A program made the position numbers and the translations under genes. Positions 1 to 9,100 of a DNA stretch of 25,753 nucleotides are shown here, in pieces. Under the pieces are notes generated by a model. The model did no database searches, was not told the origin of the DNA, and saw nothing but the letters and a program-made list of their open reading frames with translations. Within the stretch, counting starts at the first letter, position 1, and each line of letters opens with the position of its first letter. The stretch is from a virus (taxonomy: Duplodnaviria > Caudoviricetes): positions 1 through 25,753 of the IMG/VR virus record IMGVR_UViG_3300048577_000532; one strand, given 5' to 3'.

Positions 1-1791
1 TTACATGTTTAACATGTTATATTGATCATCACTTGCTGCCTTGTCAGCTAAGAGCGAATACAATGAAATCCTATCCCCCCGTCGTGGAAATAAAGTAAAC
101 TTCGGGGATAACGCATACGCCAATCTAAATGATCCATTTTTGACAGGAAGCCGTGTAGGCCGCTTAGGATTTATTGTAGGGTAGAGCAAACCCAATGCAA
201 CGCATGCGGTAATCAATGTCCAAAACGAACCCGATATATTAGAGGGAATATCAATAGATGAATATACGCTTGAAGTCAATTTGCACTCAATAAAACGTCT
301 TTGGAAGCCTTTGCCAATTTTATTAATAAAGTCTACAATATTAGGACCAAGCTCTGGCTCACTATAAATTACGTCCAGCTCATTGTTTGAAAACTCTGTA
401 ATAATTCTATTTTGTTCTTTACTACTCAGCAGCTTCTTATATTTCTGAGAAGCCGCAATGCGTTTATTAGATAGAATATTTAGAATTCTATTAAAAATCC
501 GTATAAGCCTTCGCGGGTTACCATCTGAGCAGCGTATAACCATCTCAACGCCCGAGTAACATGAAATTTCTCCACGCCCTTTTGCTGTTAATACTTGATC
601 ACGAAGCCTTAAAACATTTATCAATTTGTTATGAAATTGAGGATCATATTTATTACTTTTATCTTCATCGAACGCTTTTTGCGCATTAATAAAAGTTTCA
701 GCACTGCAATGCTTTTTGATAAGATCAAGCGATACTTTCCTTAACTTTTCTTTATCGCCATTCGACATAAGAATATCTGATTCACCAAGCAAACGCTTTA
801 AATTTGATTTTTCCGTAAGCCTGGAAGTCTTTGATCTTTTGTTGTATAGAGTCTGGGCAAAATGATAAGTAGAAGTATATTCAAGTAAATTGTCCGCTGT
901 CCCTACTGGATCATTGTCAATATATAAATATTCAAAATCATGGCCTTCATTTAAGGAAATATCATTACCAAGGTTCGTTTTTAATGTCTTATGCTTGTAA
1001 GGCATTGTTGAAATTTTAAAAATTATTTCTTTAGTATCAGATCGCATACACGTATTTAATATTGCAAAATGGCTTTCATCTAAATACTCTGCTTCATCAA
1101 TGCAGATTAGCCAAGTTGTATGTGTAGGAAAATTTAATATTTCATTCACAATCCGGATTGCTGTTTTTAATGGAGCAAAAACATCAGTATAAAAGTAAAG
1201 CCCAATTAGTTTATCTTGATCTCGTTTCATAATTTTTGAGATTGCAACTTCAACACGCTTTTTGTTTTCCAGCCAACCTAAATGCTTTTCGAGCTGAAAT
1301 AATTCAAAAATTGGTTCATCAAAATTCCAAGAAGATGAAATTTCTGAAACAATTTGCCTCTCATACTTAATTCTATCAACTTCAGGTTTAACATAAGTAT
1401 CTAAACAACTTTTAAGCGTTGTAATGAATGACAAACAGGATGCGACATTAAGCTTCCATACAAAAAAATCTTCTTTTTCGCTTTCAGTTTGCCAAGGTTT
1501 ATTCTTTAATGCCCCAATCCATTCTATGCTTGTTGGTATAAAAACACCAATAAATTGTTTATTTTTTACAATCTTATTTATGCCTGTATCATGTGACAAA
1601 GACAAGTGATCATGTGATAACATTTTCAATAAACAAGTTTTTCCAGAGCCTCTTGATCCAAGTACTATGTGATTTTTTGATGACAATAATCTCCAAAACA
1701 AATCCGTCGGAACAAAAGTTTGTACAAGCTCATTTCTATTAAGATTTCTCGCATTATCAATTTCAAATAAATTTCTTTGGAATGGTTTCAT
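1..1791 (-). CDS. P-loop ATPase, ORC/Cdc6-like (STAND/AAA+-related) conflict-system ATPase
   Basis: Walker A IVLGSRGSGKT, Walker B WLICIDEAE, and a C-terminal YSG...SDGNPRRLIRI motif. The ORF track starts at TTG 1797, overlapping the upstream stop. ATG 1791 has AAGGGA 7 nt upstream and is preferred. The subfamily call is from recalled motif pattern. Confidence 0.75.
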   Translation of the reverse strand: MKPFQRNLFEIDNARNLNRNELVQTFVPTDLFWRLLSSKNHIVLGSRGSGKTCLLKMLSHDHLSLSHDTGINKIVKNKQFIGVFIPTSIEWIGALKNKPWQTESEKEDFFVWKLNVASCLSFITTLKSCLDTYVKPEVDRIKYERQIVSEISSSWNFDEPIFELFQLEKHLGWLENKKRVEVAISKIMKRDQDKLIGLYFYTDVFAPLKTAIRIVNEILNFPTHTTWLICIDEAEYLDESHFAILNTCMRSDTKEIIFKISTMPYKHKTLKTNLGNDISLNEGHDFEYLYIDNDPVGTADNLLEYTSTYHFAQTLYNKRSKTSRLTEKSNLKRLLGESDILMSNGDKEKLRKVSLDLIKKHCSAETFINAQKAFDEDKSNKYDPQFHNKLINVLRLRDQVLTAKGRGEISCYSGVEMVIRCSDGNPRRLIRIFNRILNILSNKRIAASQKYKKLLSSKEQNRIITEFSNNELDVIYSEPELGPNIVDFINKIGKGFQRRFIECKLTSSVYSSIDIPSNISGSFWTLITACVALGLLYPTINPKRPTRLPVKNGSFRLAYALSPKFTLFPRRGDRISLYSLLADKAASDDQYNMLNM

Positions 1792-1793
1792 GT

Positions 1794-3002
1794 TCAATCC
1801 CTTACAATATGCAACACATTAGAATTCTCTATTTGATGCACAACATATTTTAGCTCGGTGCAAATTTCACGAATGGCTTGCACAAAAATGTCGTTATTTA
1901 TATACTTATACGAAGCATCAAGTTTTATAATATCTGATGATTTTATCAGCTGAGCACCTTTAAATTTGTGAACAATTGCTTTTTTAATAATTTTTTTCAA
2001 TTCTTCTAGGTGCAGATGGCAGCCAAAAGGGTTTACATGTAAAATTCCATTATGTTTTTGGCTCTTGTTCCATTTATTTATACATGAATATGCGTAGCTA
2101 TAAATAAATCCCTGAATACTTTTTGATTCTTTACATCGACCTTCAATATGAACAATATGAAATTGATTAGAAATATGTCCAGCATATTCTGTTTCTAAAG
2201 TAGCAGAAAAACTTCCGGCGCCTAAAAACACGATTGGAATTCCCTTCGTACGTTGTATAGTACAGAATTTTGGTATATGTTTATGACCATGGATAACTAA
2301 GTCAAAATGCAAGTCTTCAATTGTGTTTAAAAGATTTTCACTATTTATCAATGAACTGAAATCTTTTACTTTATCGAGCAGGTCACTATAAAGTATTGGA
2401 TGATGATGTAATAATACAATTTTATATTTATGATTACTAATAGCTCCAATATCTGATTTTATCGCAGACAGGCTTTCGTTACTAACATATCCGTGATGCG
2501 GTTTATCATCTGGAATATCATGCATTGATGTGTTTATTCCTAATACGACAATATCATCATTTTCCCATTTACAATAATATGGATCTGCTATCAGATTTCC
2601 TTTCGCACTCTTTGCAATGTTTTGAAAAATGGTATTTGGTAAATTTAGCGCATCATATACTTTACTTGCATAATAACCTTCTACATCCCCTTCTTTTCTC
2701 AGCATATCCCAGTCTTTATCGTGATTACCTGGAACAAAAAATATATTTTTTGCATTAAGCTTTTCCCCAATAGACCCAATTAACTCTGACGCAATTTTGA
2801 TCTCATCAGCTTTAGCTTCGCAACTGACATCGCCAGAAACAAGCAAATAGTCAGCCGCGATATGTTCCTTTTCAAGAAATTCTAAAAAATGTTTTTTATA
2901 ATCTTCATCAACTGCGGGCATCCCGGAGCATCTTTCAGGCAATAAATCTTTTGCCCTAGCGTTTTTACCTATATGCATATCACTTATTATTGCAAATTTC
3001 AT
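1794..3002 (-). CDS. Calcineurin-like metallophosphoesterase with C-terminal extension
   Basis: Complete motif set: ISDMHIG (DxH), VSGDVS (GD), VPGNHD, LLHHHP, IHGHKH (GHxH). An extra ~80-aa basic/helical tail follows the catalytic domain. Confidence 0.92.
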   Translation of the reverse strand: MKFAIISDMHIGKNARAKDLLPERCSGMPAVDEDYKKHFLEFLEKEHIAADYLLVSGDVSCEAKADEIKIASELIGSIGEKLNAKNIFFVPGNHDKDWDMLRKEGDVEGYYASKVYDALNLPNTIFQNIAKSAKGNLIADPYYCKWENDDIVVLGINTSMHDIPDDKPHHGYVSNESLSAIKSDIGAISNHKYKIVLLHHHPILYSDLLDKVKDFSSLINSENLLNTIEDLHFDLVIHGHKHIPKFCTIQRTKGIPIVFLGAGSFSATLETEYAGHISNQFHIVHIEGRCKESKSIQGFIYSYAYSCINKWNKSQKHNGILHVNPFGCHLHLEELKKIIKKAIVHKFKGAQLIKSSDIIKLDASYKYINNDIFVQAIREICTELKYVVHQIENSNVLHIVRD

Positions 3003-3543
3003 AGTATTTTTTGGTTTTTGAATTTATTTGTATGATTACAATATCGGATTTATTCCTAGCCATGGATTAACACTATAACCGACGGAGCACAGCAATATTG
3101 AATACGCAAACTTCCTTTAAAATTAATATTACATTAGTTGATAAATATCTTTTCCGTCGCGCCTGGTTAAACCTCATATTTTATTAATGGCGAACGATAT
3201 TTATATCGATCCCGTCGGAGTTTGCAAGTCATAAATTTTAGCAATTCGTATCATGTCATACAAATAAACTTTAATATTTCGCCATGATATCCAACGAGTC
3301 CTCTTTTATGCACAGGACAGTCATTTCGCCCGGCATCTCCAATAAACTTTTCTATCCGTTTATCCGTTCGTTAGGCCATCTCCCAAATTTCAATCTACCT
3401 ATTTGATCTTGTTTTACTCTCTATGATCGGCATAAATCACATATTCGAGCAATTATTTAATGCATTGCTATTATTATGAACAGGCAATAGCACCTAGATT
3501 GATACTAATTTTTTTCTTTAAACAGAGATATAAAGCAGGATAA

Positions 3544-4371
3544 TTATTTAGTTATTTTATGAGTTATGATTGCTTCCTTAAACTTACCCCTTGCGCTTGA
3601 CTTCCCCGCTATTACGCTATCTCTTTCTACAATTTTTATTTTGAAATCTGATTCATATAAATTAGTAATAGACGAGTGACAAGAGTTTGTTAGTATAATT
3701 TTGCTACCACGTTTAGCAGCACGTCTTATTGATTTATATAATCTAACTTGATCATTCCAACTGAATAATTTTTCGTTATATTTAATGAAGCCATTATTTG
3801 AATGTTTTGTTGTATATGGTGGATCAATGAATATTAAATCGTCATTGCGACTCGCATTAATGATTTCTTCAAAATCTGTATTATATAATTCTACGCATTT
3901 TAAACACTCAGAAATTAACTGAAAGTTATCACTTCCAAGCATAACTCTGTCTTTGCTGCCGATTGGGACATTAAAATCACCTTTTTTATTTACACGGTAA
4001 AGCCCATTCCAGCATGTTCTATTCATATAGATAAATTTTGCTGCTTCTTCATAAGGACATGAACATTTCTTTTCTCGTGTATTATAATAATAATTTATAT
4101 TATGATTTTTACTATGTTTCAAAAGATTGATTACGACTTTTTCCCAGTCCTCCCTAATACACTTGTAAGTAAGAATTAATTCTTTACATACATCAGATAA
4201 GATCGCTTTTTGCGGCAAAACATGAAAAAATACAGCGCCACTCCCTAAAAATGGCTCTATATATCGGCCAAATTCAATATTAAAGAGTGATGGAAATGCT
4301 TTTGTGAGCCAGCGCTTCCCACCAGCCCACTTAAGAAATGGCTCTACATTACAAGACATTGCTTCATTCAT
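3544..4371 (-). CDS. Dam/DpnM-family (D12 class) N6-adenine DNA methyltransferase
   Basis: PFLKWAGGKRWL, motif I YIEPFLGSGAVFF, recognition hairpin NGLYRVNKKGDFNVPIG, catalytic FIDPPY. The start could be ATG 4359. Confidence 0.95.
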   Translation of the reverse strand: MNEAMSCNVEPFLKWAGGKRWLTKAFPSLFNIEFGRYIEPFLGSGAVFFHVLPQKAILSDVCKELILTYKCIREDWEKVVINLLKHSKNHNINYYYNTREKKCSCPYEEAAKFIYMNRTCWNGLYRVNKKGDFNVPIGSKDRVMLGSDNFQLISECLKCVELYNTDFEEIINASRNDDLIFIDPPYTTKHSNNGFIKYNEKLFSWNDQVRLYKSIRRAAKRGSKIILTNSCHSSITNLYESDFKIKIVERDSVIAGKSSARGKFKEAIITHKITK

Positions 4372-4526
4372 AAATTATACTTTTCGTTGCTATACCGTTT
4401 TATAAAACTACACTGACAATCTCAACTATATTATGTCGATATGGCCAGTTGTTTACATTTTAAATAAAATCTTTATTACCCAGAAATCTAAAACGAATTT
4501 TCTAATGAATATATTTTATGAGTGCT

Positions 4527-4552
4527 AAAATCTAGCCCCCCCGGGGGCTAGA
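4527..4552 (-). terminator. Probable intrinsic terminator (minus strand)
   Basis: Perfect inverted repeat TCTAGCCCCC-CC-GGGGGCTAGA (4531-4552) in AT-rich DNA, followed on the minus strand by TTTTAG. Confidence 0.6.
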
Positions 4553-4574
4553 AAGGCTCGATACGTCATTATCT

Positions 4575-5849
4575 GAGACCGCTGCCAGGCAAAATGCGCA
4601 GATTTTTCTTCTAATATTCTGAAATATTTGTCACACATCCTCCATTGAAAGAGCAAGATGCAATGATGAAAGAGCGCACTTCACCCCTGTCCGAACATTA
4701 TTGACTATGTTGCTGACCTGAAGAGAAAGAAGCACCTCACATTTCTGGATGACATCCAGAAGATCATCGACTGGCATCCGCTTGAGAAATTCTTACGCCA
4801 CAAGTTTCTCAGTAACAAGGATGCGGTTTGTAATCCAGCCTATCTGGCGCTCGTTATGTTCAAAATCCTTCTCTTGCAGCGCTGGTACAACCTGAGCGAC
4901 GAGGCCCTCGAATCCGCGCTCTACGACCGCATCTCCTTTGCTAGGTTCGCCGGTCTGTCGCTGGAGGACGACGTCCCGGACTCCACCACCATCTGTCGCT
5001 TCCGCTCCAGTCTCGCCCCGCGCGACCTCTTGACCAAGCTCCTCGGTTTGCTCAACCGGCAGCTCGAAGCCAAGAACATCCTGGTGCGCGAGGGCGCCAT
5101 CGTCGACGCCACCGTGGTCATGTCCTCCCGGCGGCCGAACAAGGTCATCGACATCATGCCCGAGGACCGCGAAGAGGACGCGGGCGACAAGTCGAGCGTC
5201 AAGGCCGTGATCACGTACTCCGACGACGCCGAGGCCACCTGGCTGCGCAAGGGCAATCGGGCGTTCTACGGCTACAAGGTCCACGCGGCCACCGAGTCGC
5301 GCGACGGCTTCATCCTCGGCGGCCACGTTACCCCGGCCAACCGCTCCGACACCGGCGAGTTCGAGCGTCTGGTGCTGGAAGCGGACGTGCCGGCCAAGGG
5401 CTACGTCTTCGCCGACAAAGGCTACGCCAGCAAAGCCAACCGCGAGACGCTCATCGGCCTCAGGCTCAAGGACGGCATCATGCACAAGGCGGCCCGCAAC
5501 AGGGCGTTGACCGACATGGAGCGACTGGACAACCGCTTGGTGAGCAAGGTGCGGGCGACCGTGGAAAGAAGTTTCGGGACGCTCAAGCGACTCTACGGCT
5601 TTGCTCGCAGTCGATACGTAGGCCTGGCCAAGGTCGAAATGGAATTCTACCTCAACGCCATGGCCTTCAACCTGAAGAAAGGCTTACGCCTGTGGGCTTG
5701 GTGATGGGAGTGGTGCGCCCTGTGACCGAAAAATAGGCCAAGAACGAGGCCGAAAGGGGCCCAAGAGGCAGATAGGGACGGCCTGTCAGGCGAAAAACGA
5801 CCAGCGAAATCAGCAGATGACTCGAATCTGCGGATTGTGCAGCGGTCTC
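4575..5849 (+). mobile_element. IS5-family insertion sequence (~1275 bp)
   Basis: Perfect 11-bp terminal inverted repeats GAGACCGCTGC (4575-4585) and GCAGCGGTCTC (5839-5849) enclosing an IS5-type transposase. No target-site duplication evident. Confidence 0.92.
4663..5704 (+). CDS. IS5-family DDE transposase, 5' end apparently frameshifted (possible pseudogene)
   Basis: Motifs LLLQRWYNLSD, VPDSTTICRFR, AIVDAT, FYGYKVH, FADKGY, VRATVERSFGTLK. The frame of ORF 4856-5704 stays open back to 4670 (FLDDIQKIIDW...NPAY) without an ATG, while ATGs at 4663/4666 lie in another frame that stops at ~4704. Confidence 0.85.
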
Positions 5850-5907
5850 GAGATGGTTATAACCTGATGGTTATCCTGGCTAGCCCGGCTTTGTTGGCTG
5901 CCTTCCA

Positions 5908-6120
5908 CTACTCCCCCGGCTCCTCCGGCCAGTTCACCTCATCCGGAAACCCCTCCTGCTCCGGCACGTCTCGCAGATCTTGCCTGTAGGTAACCCACAG
6001 GGCCTTCGTCTCGTCGCTCAGGGGCGAGTCCGATAGCTGCGTCCAGTCGCAGGCGGCCAGGAGAGCGTTGCGCGTCTGCCGGACGGTGGCCGCCGTCTCT
6101 ACGGTAGCGGCGCGAACAGT
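5908..6120 (-). pseudogene. 5'-truncated phage tail fibre assembly chaperone remnant
   Basis: Manual translation (frame absent from the ORF track): ...VRQTRNALLAACDWTQLSDSPLSDETKALWVTYRQDLRDVPEQEGFPDEVNWPEEPGE*, matching the R-N-LL-DWTQ...W-YRQ-LRD-P-Q-GFP-WP-P chaperone pattern. There is an in-frame TGA at 6121-6123 and no ATG start. Confidence 0.8.
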
Positions 6121-6135
6121 TCACGAACTCGTCTT

Positions 6136-9100
6136 CTAGTTCTCGCTCCGTCTGAAAATCAAATCTCGGGGCTCGAAGTCCGGGTCGCCGGCGAGCAGAT
6201 CAAAGGCGCCGCGGGCGCTGATCTCGAGTTGTCTGGTCGGGAGCTTGAGCCAGGCGCCGGTGAGGGTCAGGGCCGGGCTGACGGCCTTGTCGGTCAACAG
6301 CTCGCCTTTCGAGGCCAGGGAGACGAGGCGCGTGGCCGAGGCGATGGTGCCCTCGACCGGGGTCAGCTTGTAGCCGCCGAACTCGGACACGACCGGGGAG
6401 GCCACGTCACGCACGAAGGGCAGCATGCCGAGGCCGAACCGGAGCGAGTTCATGGCCGCCCACTTGTCCCACTCCTCGTCATCCTCGGGCGGCCGGCCGG
6501 ACAGGAGCTCGGCCAGGCTCGGGCCGAGAAGGGCCAGCATGGTCGTGGTCAGCGCGAACTCGGCGAAGTCGATCCGCCGGCCCCGGAGCGGCTTGGTCAT
6601 CAGGTTGTAGGCCGTGGACAGGAAGGAATAGAACATGGTCGTGGCCTTCACGAACTCGCTCTTGCTGCGCTGCAGGGCGGACAGGTCTTTGAGCCCGCCG
6701 CCGCCCTGGCTCACGCGCACGACGTGGTCGGCGTACTGCACGGCCCGGGCGTGGTCCTGGTCGCGGGCGAGCCCGGCGTCGTAGGCCGCGCTCCAGGTCA
6801 GCACGTCCACGGTCATCTTCTGCGTCGCGCCGATGAACCTGAACATCCACTCGCCCGGCTTGCGCAGGAGCCGGCCGCCCATGCTCACGCTCTGGAACGT
6901 CTCGTTCGCCTCCCGGGTCGCGTGCGTGATCCGCGTGCGCATGAAGGCCGAGCTTTCATTGGCCCGGCGCAGGTCGTCGAGAAAGGGCTTGACCGTGAAG
7001 TAGCCCGGCAGGCGTTTGAGCAGCCGCCAGGACTGGCCCTTGAGCACGGCGACCGACTGCGTGAGCCCCGCGGCCTGCTGGAGGCCGACGCCGATCTTGC
7101 CCAGGGAGACGACGGTGGTGCCGATGCGAAGCGAGCGGAAGACCCGCTCGGGCCAGGCGTGAGGCTCGTACGGCAGGTTGGCGATGTCCTTAGCCCAGGG
7201 CAGGAGTTGGTCGGCCAGCTCCTTGCCGAGGTGGCGGCCCGCCGCGGCCTTGAACTCCCTGTCGCGCAGAATCTTGCCGACGTTGACCAGGCGCTCGCGG
7301 TGGCTGAGGTCGTGGATGACGCCGAAGACGTGGCGGGTGATGTCGGAGAGCTCCACGGATAGCGGCTGCCCGCCGGCCGTGGCTTTGCGCTCCTTCAGGT
7401 AGCTGTGTTTGGTCATGACCTGGGAGTACTTTTTGGTGCCGTAGAGGAGCGCCTGCTCGACCTCGCTGCGCTCGGCCTGGATGTCGGATTCGGACGGGTC
7501 GATGACCACCGGGAAGTAGCCGCCGGCATAGGTGCCGAATCGCGTCTCCACGGGCTCGGGCATGACCCGTTCGGGCTCGCGGCCGGTCATTTCCCGTTCG
7601 AGCGCAAAGGCCTCCGTGCGGAAGGTGTCGATGTAGTTCCAGACGGCTTGGACGAAATCCCAGTCGCGCTTGTCGAGCCGGGCTTTCACCGCCTCCATCT
7701 GTTTGTCCGTCCAGGGCGCGCCGTCCGGCAGGGTCGTGCCGTCGCGCCGGCGCGAGTAGTTGCCCTGGTTGCCCATGTCGAGCGCCAGGCGCAGGAGCTG
7801 CGCCCGAGTGAAGGACTCGCCGCACTCCGGGACCAGGACCCGCTTGCGAAACATCGCCGCGCGCTCGGCCGGCGAGTAGTGCCGCGCCATGAGCCCGGCC
7901 AGGTTCACGCTCGCTTCGGCGCAGCGCTCGGCTTCGGCCTCCTCGGACTGCGCCGTGGGGGAAAACAGATGCTTGTGCCACGGCCCGAGGTCGTCGCCGT
8001 CGATGGCCCGGAAAAGCACCTCCATCTTGACCATGCTGGCGTCCGCGCCCTTGAGGGCGGACAGGACCTTGTGCAGCCGACTCGAGGCTCGTTCGTGCCG
8101 GCCGCCCGGCTTGCCCGGGGCGAAGGTCGCGGCCAGTTGGGCGGTCAGCTCCCGCACCACCTCCTCGCGGCGCCGGTACTCGCCCTCGGATTTGACGAAA
8201 CGCTCCTGGCGGTCCACGGCCGCAATCTGGTCGATGGCCGTGAGCACGTCCCGGAAATTCTGCACGGACAGGTCGCCGAACTGCTGGGCGTTTGACCTGT
8301 CCGTGACCAGGTCCGGCAGGGCCACGCTGTAGCCCTTCTCGCCCGAGAGCCGTTCCCAGGCCGTGAAGTCGATGGCCCGGCGCGGGGTGCCCTGGGCGTC
8401 GGCCTGGGCGCTGTAAGCGTTGTAGGCCCGGAGGAAGTCCTCGTGCGACATGCCGGGCGGCCGGGGCGCAAAGCCGAAGCGCACGCCGATGTTGCGGATG
8501 AGGTCGCGCGCCTCCTGGTACATGACCTTGGAGGCCAGGGACTGACGGACCTTGCGCACCCCGGCGTCGATCTCCTCGCGCACGCGCATGGATTCGAGCA
8601 CGAGGGCGTGGTTCAGCATCTCCCGGCGCTTGAACTCCATGGCCTTCTCGAGGCTGCCGGCGTCCCGGGCCTGGCGGGCGAGCTTGCCGGCCCGAATCTC
8701 GGCCTGGGAGAAGCGGTCTGCCCGGCGGGCATCGCTTACGCTCTTGCCGGCCAGCACCTGCCGGGCGACCTCGCGCACCGCGTCGCCCTCCATGCGCCGC
8801 GCCCGGGCCTGGGTCAGCCCGGCCTTGCGTCGCCGGGCCGCGCGCAGCATCTCGAACTCCGCGGCCAGCACGGCCAAGCGCTCGTCGGTATGGTAGTCCT
8901 CCTCGGCCGAGGGCAAGGTGGACTCGTCCAGGCCGGCGCGGATTTCGGCCTCCTTCGCCTGCTGCAGCTCCTCGGCCCGGCGCTGGATGCGCCCGGTCTT
9001 GCCCTCGGCGCCGAGAATGGAGGCAACCATGTCCGGCACTGAGGCGAAGCCGGCGTCCCTGGCGACCTGGTCCGGGGGCTCGCCGCCGTTGGTCCGGACC

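Noticed and set aside
1424-2758. Small plus-strand ORFs at 1424-1609 and 2525-2758
   Set aside because: Short antisense ORFs inside strongly supported genes, with no motifs.
4793-5485. Minus-strand ORFs (230 aa and 111 aa) inside the IS
   Set aside because: Antisense shadows of the transposase.
5852-5874. GATGGTTAT direct repeat and GGTTATAACC palindrome next to the IS end
   Set aside because: Too short to assign. It is not a target-site duplication because both copies are on one side, and there is no partner to call it an att site.
5939-6124. 61-aa minus-strand ORF from the track
   Set aside because: Wrong frame. The overlapping frame ending at 5908 carries the recognisable chaperone sequence.
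5850-6135. Diversity-generating retroelement as in BPP-1
   Set aside because: No reverse transcriptase, no template/variable repeat pair and no target fibre gene in the window.
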